This document shows positions 25,536 through 29,927 of a stretch of DNA of 29,927 bases, piece after piece. This stretch comes from Candidatus Tenderia sp. (GTDB lineage Bacteria > Pseudomonadota > Gammaproteobacteria > Tenderiales > Tenderiaceae). Each line of letters starts with the position of its first letter. The stretch's first letter is position 1. Under the pieces are notes generated by a model that was not told where the DNA came from, did no database searches, and saw only the letters and a list, made by a program, of their open reading frames with translations. The stretch lies in contig JANOSY010000080.1 in assembly GCA_031416075.1 (NCBI GenBank), forward strand, positions 1-29,927, given 5' to 3'. The position numbers were made by a program, and so were the translations under genes.

Positions 25536-26531
25536 ATGTATACGGATGAAGACCTGGAAAGTGCCGTGAAAAAAGGTATTTTTACAGACGACTCTGTAGA
25601 GAGGTTTCGCTCTGATATTGTGAAACGAAACAACCTTCGTATAGTAGATGAAGAAAATATTAGATTGATTGCCAGTTTTAACGACATTTTTGTTGTGATT
25701 GCGTGTGGTCTGCTCTTACTCTCTTCAGGCTGGGTGACTTACAAGGCTCATCCCTCTTTTGCAACGGTGGTTGTTGCTCTGCTCTCGTGGGGGCTGGCAG
25801 AGTTTTTTGTTCTAAAGAGAAGAATGGCACTGCCTGCTATAACGCTACTCATTACATTTGTAGGGGGTGTTTTTGCCTCAATTGTCTTAATGTTTGAAAA
25901 GCAGTCAGAAGTGGTATTTATGCTGGCTGCTTTTGCGGCATCAGTTGGCGCGTGGTTACATTGGAAGCGCTTTGCCGTGCCCATAACGGTGGCGGCAGGT
26001 GCTGCGGCCATGGTGACCTTTTTTACATCCTTACTTGTATCCTTAATGCCAGAAACCAAAAGCTATCTAACGTACATGACGTTCCTAGGTGGTGCTGTCA
26101 TATTTTATATTGCTATGCGCTGGGATATGGCTGATCTGCAACGGGTATCAGCAAAATCAGACGTGGCATTTTGGCTTCACCTGGCGTCTGCCCCGCTCAT
26201 TGTGCATCCAATTTTTTCCGGCCTTGGAGTTTTGGAGGGGAATGAGAGTTTGGTTAATCTGGCAGTTATAGTCGTCTTGTATATATTACTTACGTTTGTC
26301 TCTGTCGCTATAGACAGGCGTGCATTCATGGTTTCATCTCTTGTATATGTGCTTGTTGCGCTAACCCAGATACTTAAGACGTATGGTCTTGCTGGTGATG
26401 GCTTTGCCTACGTTGGGGTGTTGATTGGTTTTTCACTTTTATTACTATCCGGGTTCTGGCAGAGGGCGCGGCGGCAGTTGGTAGTACGCTTACCAGCGTC
26501 TATTCAAAGCAGAGTGCCGCTGGTGGGTTGA
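25536..26531 (+). CDS. Polytopic membrane protein of unknown function (possibly DUF2157-like)
   Basis: Short soluble N-terminus followed by about 9-10 hydrophobic helices; SDVAFWLHL..AP.IVHP and AIDRRA motifs; visibly more AT-rich than the core genes. Confidence 0.8.
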   Translation: MYTDEDLESAVKKGIFTDDSVERFRSDIVKRNNLRIVDEENIRLIASFNDIFVVIACGLLLLSSGWVTYKAHPSFATVVVALLSWGLAEFFVLKRRMALPAITLLITFVGGVFASIVLMFEKQSEVVFMLAAFAASVGAWLHWKRFAVPITVAAGAAAMVTFFTSLLVSLMPETKSYLTYMTFLGGAVIFYIAMRWDMADLQRVSAKSDVAFWLHLASAPLIVHPIFSGLGVLEGNESLVNLAVIVVLYILLTFVSVAIDRRAFMVSSLVYVLVALTQILKTYGLAGDGFAYVGVLIGFSLLLLSGFWQRARRQLVVRLPASIQSRVPLVG

Positions 26532-26545
26532 GCGCGTGTAAGTCC

Positions 26546-27136
26546 TTAGTTGAGCGTTGCTACCTCCCTGCGTCTCCGATACATAATGAGTACCACCAGC
26601 AGAATAGATGCTATTGCTATGGCAGCGGGAAACAGTATGGTGGCAACCGAATAGTGCTCCAGTGCCATCACCACAATGGTGTTGCGTGTGCCAAACAGCG
26701 CAAAGAAGAGCAGCGACTCTGAGTGTGGGTCGGCATTTGCCTTTCTAACGGTTGGCCCAAAGCCAAGCAGGTCGACCACGGTGAGTACGATCACCGCCCA
26801 CATGGGGTCCGATGTTAAGTACCAGAGTGGCAGTGATGAAATGGCTGCCAGAAAAAACAGCCAGTCTGTTTTTGTGATGGCGACGTCGGCCCGTTTTAGG
26901 TAGGCCAACAGGGCGATAAAAATTGTGATGCTGCCTGAAACACCGATGGGCCACGCGCCCACGCCAGCGTCTGCTTCGATTTGAGCCAGAAAGACCACAA
27001 AGGTGGTGGTTCCCCATATGATCCAGGAAAAGAGATGCGGTTTTATTGCCCCCTGAATGATGCCACGCAGGTATGGATAGAACGCTACAAAAGTGAGGAC
27101 TATTGCAGCGGTGCTGAGAATCTCTTTGTAAGACAC
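26546..27136 (-). CDS. Membrane protein with two PQ-loop/SemiSWEET-like repeats
   Basis: GTG start at 27136 with an AGGAG RBS; about 7 TM segments; repeats FYPYLRGI...KPHLFSW and FGPTVRKA...PHSES. Confidence 0.7.
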   Translation of the reverse strand: MSYKEILSTAAIVLTFVAFYPYLRGIIQGAIKPHLFSWIIWGTTTFVVFLAQIEADAGVGAWPIGVSGSITIFIALLAYLKRADVAITKTDWLFFLAAISSLPLWYLTSDPMWAVIVLTVVDLLGFGPTVRKANADPHSESLLFFALFGTRNTIVVMALEHYSVATILFPAAIAIASILLVVLIMYRRRREVATLN

Positions 27137-27159
27137 AAACTCTCCTATCCTCATCATGA

Positions 27160-27236
27160 GCCATAACGTTCGAAAGTTCATGGCATCTGCCCTGGCAATT
27201 ATGCCAGCACTCAAAGCCTTCTTGTCGAGTTAAGAC
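27160..27236 (-). repeat. Degenerate attC-like site
   Basis: Minus strand: GTCTTAAC ... TGGCAT/ATGCCA hairpin ... TGAACTTTCGAAC-GTTATGGC; 23 nt before GTG 27136. Confidence 0.4.
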
Positions 27237-27338
27237 ATGCCAGCCGTTCTGGCTCTTTGGCGATGTAAATCCCAGCCGCACCTAGCTATCTCGTTACCAT
27301 CGACGGTATATTGAACCGTATATATAAAGGAGTGGCAG

Positions 27339-27395
27339 ATGGGGATCTTCCACCGCGAGAAAATTTGGGCAGCTCAGGGGGAGTCAGGGGAGTGA
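27339..27395 (+). CDS. Possible 18-aa upstream ORF (MGIFHREKIWAAQGESGE) coupled to the MotA-like gene
   Basis: AAAGGAG (27326-27332) lies 6 nt before ATG 27339; the TGA overlaps GTG 27392 as GTGA. Confidence 0.3.
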   Translation: MGIFHREKIWAAQGESGE

Positions 27396-28387
27396 ATCAA
27401 CAGCCATACCGCACCTTAATTTTGTGGACCATCTGGGCCAGTGCCGCCTTGGTCATCTATCTTACGTTGTACCGTGATACCGAAGTCTGGAGTTTTGTGC
27501 AGACCGACCCGAGCCGTATCACCTGGCTCATTATCGGGCTCTTTCTGTTGGGTATGTTGGGTAGCTTTGTGGTGACATTGATGGTCACCAAGGAGTCGGT
27601 GCGTTGTATGCACCTCAATGCAGCGGCAAGTCAGGGGGGGCTGGATGCCATCACCATCGAATCGGAAAAACGGGCCGCAGACCGCTTTTTTCACTCAGTA
27701 AAATCGACCATGGAGCGCAAGGGTGAACCCGAGGTTGAAACCCTGCTGCATGTTGAGCTGGCCGTTTACGAGCGTATCAACCACACCATTGAAGTGATTG
27801 GTAACCTGCTCATCACTCTGGGGCTGATTGGAACCGTTATGGGGTTGACCATGACCCTTTCCGGACTCAGCAGCTCCCTCGATTCACTGGGCCATGACCA
27901 GGAGATGATGCTCCTGGGACTACGCCACGCCATGTCCGGCATGGGTACCGCTTTTTATACCACCCTGCTGGGTGCGGTGTTGGGGGGTATCCTGCTACGC
28001 ATGTTTGCACAGCTCACCTTGCACGGCATTGAAGGGCTGCATGACAACCTGCTGCGCATCTGCCTAGTCTACTGCTCTCCCGATTATGCACAGACGTTAG
28101 AACGTGATGTGCGACTGCTCAACGAAGAGTTGCGTCAGCTTGACCACAACGTACAGACCATGAAACAGAGTTTTGCCGAGTCGCGCCAGATGGTCACCGA
28201 GTTTCGCGAAGAGATAAAACGGTTGGGCGAGAGCGAGTCAGGTGAACAGGGCCAAGAGCCATTGCGGGTCATCATCAGCCGCCACCAGGAGTACTGCGAA
28301 GCGCTACGGCAGCAGATGCACATGTTAGCCGTGACCAACAAACCGTGGTGGATCAGACTCTATGAACTGTTCCGGCCCAGACAGTAA
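27392..28387 (+). CDS. MotA/TolQ/ExbB (ZorA-like) ion-channel protein with C-terminal coiled coil
   Basis: Four TM segments; ITLGLIGTVMG and GMGTAFYTTLLG channel motifs; heptad-rich tail. Start taken at GTG 27392 (ORF track extends it to TTG 27311). Confidence 0.88.
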   Translation: MNQQPYRTLILWTIWASAALVIYLTLYRDTEVWSFVQTDPSRITWLIIGLFLLGMLGSFVVTLMVTKESVRCMHLNAAASQGGLDAITIESEKRAADRFFHSVKSTMERKGEPEVETLLHVELAVYERINHTIEVIGNLLITLGLIGTVMGLTMTLSGLSSSLDSLGHDQEMMLLGLRHAMSGMGTAFYTTLLGAVLGGILLRMFAQLTLHGIEGLHDNLLRICLVYCSPDYAQTLERDVRLLNEELRQLDHNVQTMKQSFAESRQMVTEFREEIKRLGESESGEQGQEPLRVIISRHQEYCEALRQQMHMLAVTNKPWWIRLYELFRPRQ

Positions 28388-28398
28388 AGTGATCCACA

Positions 28399-29181
28399 AT
28401 GAGAAAAAAACGCCGCAACTCCGAATCAAACATCCATGAGAGCTTCTCTGATCTGGCGCTCATGATGTTAATGACCTTTATCTTTCTTCTGGTCATCATC
28501 CTCATCACCGCCAAGAGTCAGGAGGGCAGTGAGTTTCCACGCCTCAAAAAAGAGGCCGCAGCCATGAAAGAACGGCTGGCAGTGATGGGAGAGGATAATC
28601 AGCGCCTCTACAACGAACTGGGTGATATGAGCGACATGAGTGGCGAGGCGCAGCTGGAGCAGGTGCTGCAAGCGGTTGGGCTGAATGATGCAAAAGGGCG
28701 CAAAGATTTTGACCTGTTTGTAAAAGGGCTGGAGGCGATCCCCGGCAAAGATCTGCATCTCATCATCGACGCCACCGGCTCCATGCACGGTGTCTCCGGT
28801 TTTCTGGTACCACTGTTGCGGGTCATCGTCGCCCGCTCCCACAAAGATGTGTCAGCAATCACCTGGTTTGCCGATGGCAAAACCAATACCTATCAGGGCA
28901 CCATGGGTGAGATGCTCGATAGTTTCATGAAAGGGGCCCCGTTTATCGGCGGCAACGAAACCATTGGCGAAGCGTTTTTCCGCGCCAAAGAGAATGCCCC
29001 GGTGCCCGGCGCCTACATACTGCTGGGTGACGAACCTTCGGATGATCGCATCTATTATCTGGATATCCCCGCCCCCGTTTTCACCATCCCCATCGGCCGC
29101 GCCGATCCCAACACCTGGCACGAGTACAACACCCTTGCTGAAAAGACCCATGGCAAGTTGTTGCAGTTAATCTTTCAGTAG
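28399..29181 (+). CDS. MotB/ZorB-like TM helix, coiled coil and vWA (MIDAS) domain protein
   Basis: Basic N-terminus, ESFSDLALMMLMTFIFLLVII (Asp18), coiled coil, LHLIIDATGSM (Asp124), GGNET, YILLGDEP (Asp211), PVFTI, LAEKTHG. Confidence 0.8.
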   Translation: MRKKRRNSESNIHESFSDLALMMLMTFIFLLVIILITAKSQEGSEFPRLKKEAAAMKERLAVMGEDNQRLYNELGDMSDMSGEAQLEQVLQAVGLNDAKGRKDFDLFVKGLEAIPGKDLHLIIDATGSMHGVSGFLVPLLRVIVARSHKDVSAITWFADGKTNTYQGTMGEMLDSFMKGAPFIGGNETIGEAFFRAKENAPVPGAYILLGDEPSDDRIYYLDIPAPVFTIPIGRADPNTWHEYNTLAEKTHGKLLQLIFQ

Positions 29182-29254
29182 TAAGAGTAATAGCCTTGAG
29201 CCTTGGATTAAGGTGTTTGATTGCCCCGACGTGGGGTTCATTTGAAGGTTAGGT

Positions 29255-29803
29255 ATGGAAATTATGGGTATAGAAAAAATAGGTGTAAGACGCTTATATG
29301 ATGCGCTTGGTTGTAGTGTTTTTGATGGCGTCCCGATCCAAGTTGCTGGTCCTATTGGTAGTGGAAAAAATGTTTCAATATACATTGGCCCAACTCCACC
29401 ATTAGGCGTAATGCGCATTGAGGCCGATCAGTATCATGTGCCTGGAAAGCAAGCAAAGATTATGAATACGGACATTGGTTATCAGTCTGATTGCTTTTTG
29501 GAAATTGTACTTTCATTTGATTATGAAGCTACGGAAGAAATATCAAGTGGGTTGCTAAATAAAGATCAGAAGTCAAGGGAATATCTCCTTGGGATTGTTG
29601 AAAAAGAATTAGAATTATTTGAAAAATTAATTGATTCTATCGTCGGTATTATTGGTCTGAAATTTCACCGTCAATTTACTCTAAAGAATTTGATAGAGAA
29701 TTCGATGATATTGTCTGGTCCCGAGCCGGTAAGTAGTATTGTAGGCCCAAGTGTAGAAATGCTTGAATCAGTCAATCTTGTTGACCAAGCTAGTGTACTG
29801 TAA
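29255..29803 (+). pseudogene. AT-rich hypothetical ORF, probably truncated by IS insertion
   Basis: Markedly AT-rich. The last codons (AGT GTA CTG TAA) and the stop lie within the putative IS630 end at CTAG 29790-29793. Confidence 0.5.
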
Positions 29804-29927
29804 CAAATAGTGTGATCATATATAATAGCGCTACTCCTTCCTTATTTTCTGGTGCGCTGACTATGCCTGTCCCCGTTGCTATCTCACTCACAGAAGAAGA
29901 ACGCCAAGAATTTCATCGCTGTTGTCG
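29791..29927 (+). mobile_element. Left end of an IS630-family insertion sequence, running off the window
   Basis: C|TA|GTGTACTGTAACAAATAG, consistent with a TA (CTAG) target, followed by an ORF from ATG 29863. Confidence 0.65.
29863..29927 (+). CDS. IS630-family transposase, N-terminus only (partial)
   Basis: My own translation: MPVPVAISLTEEERQEFHRCC(R), resembling the I-x-L-T-x-E-E-R-x-x-L start of IS630 transposase HTH regions; open at the window edge. Confidence 0.65.
   Translation, partial: MPVPVAISLTEEERQEFHRCC

Noticed and set aside
27392-29803. Calling the motor pair a canonical Zorya system
   Set aside because: The B subunit lacks an OmpA-like domain, the A tail is short, and no ZorC, ZorD helicase or ZorE HNH gene is visible.

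Overview
A mostly housekeeping chromosomal segment of a Gammaproteobacterium (inferred from gene content and order): rpmE, thermonuclease, maeB, gltA, (-)hypothetical, (-)mrcA/ponA, pilMNOPQ, aroK, aroB, dgt, WGR protein, AAA/SPOR (DamX/ExeA-like) protein, gltB, gltD, hemE. An accessory-looking ~5.4 kb region follows hemE. It holds a degenerate SAM-methyltransferase-like ORF, two convergent membrane-protein genes each preceded by an attC-like element, and an AT-rich ORF apparently interrupted by an IS630-type element. It also holds the best candidate for an undescribed system: a two-gene putative ion-driven motor in which a MotA/ZorA-like channel is paired with a MotB/ZorB-like transmembrane helix fused to a von Willebrand A (MIDAS) domain instead of an OmpA or ExbD domain. 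Both window edges run into the 5' ends of insertion sequences that the ORF track does not show: ISAs1-like on the left and IS630-like on the right. A GTAG-type REP-like pair lies between gltD and hemE. All calls are from motif recognition by eye; no searches were run.
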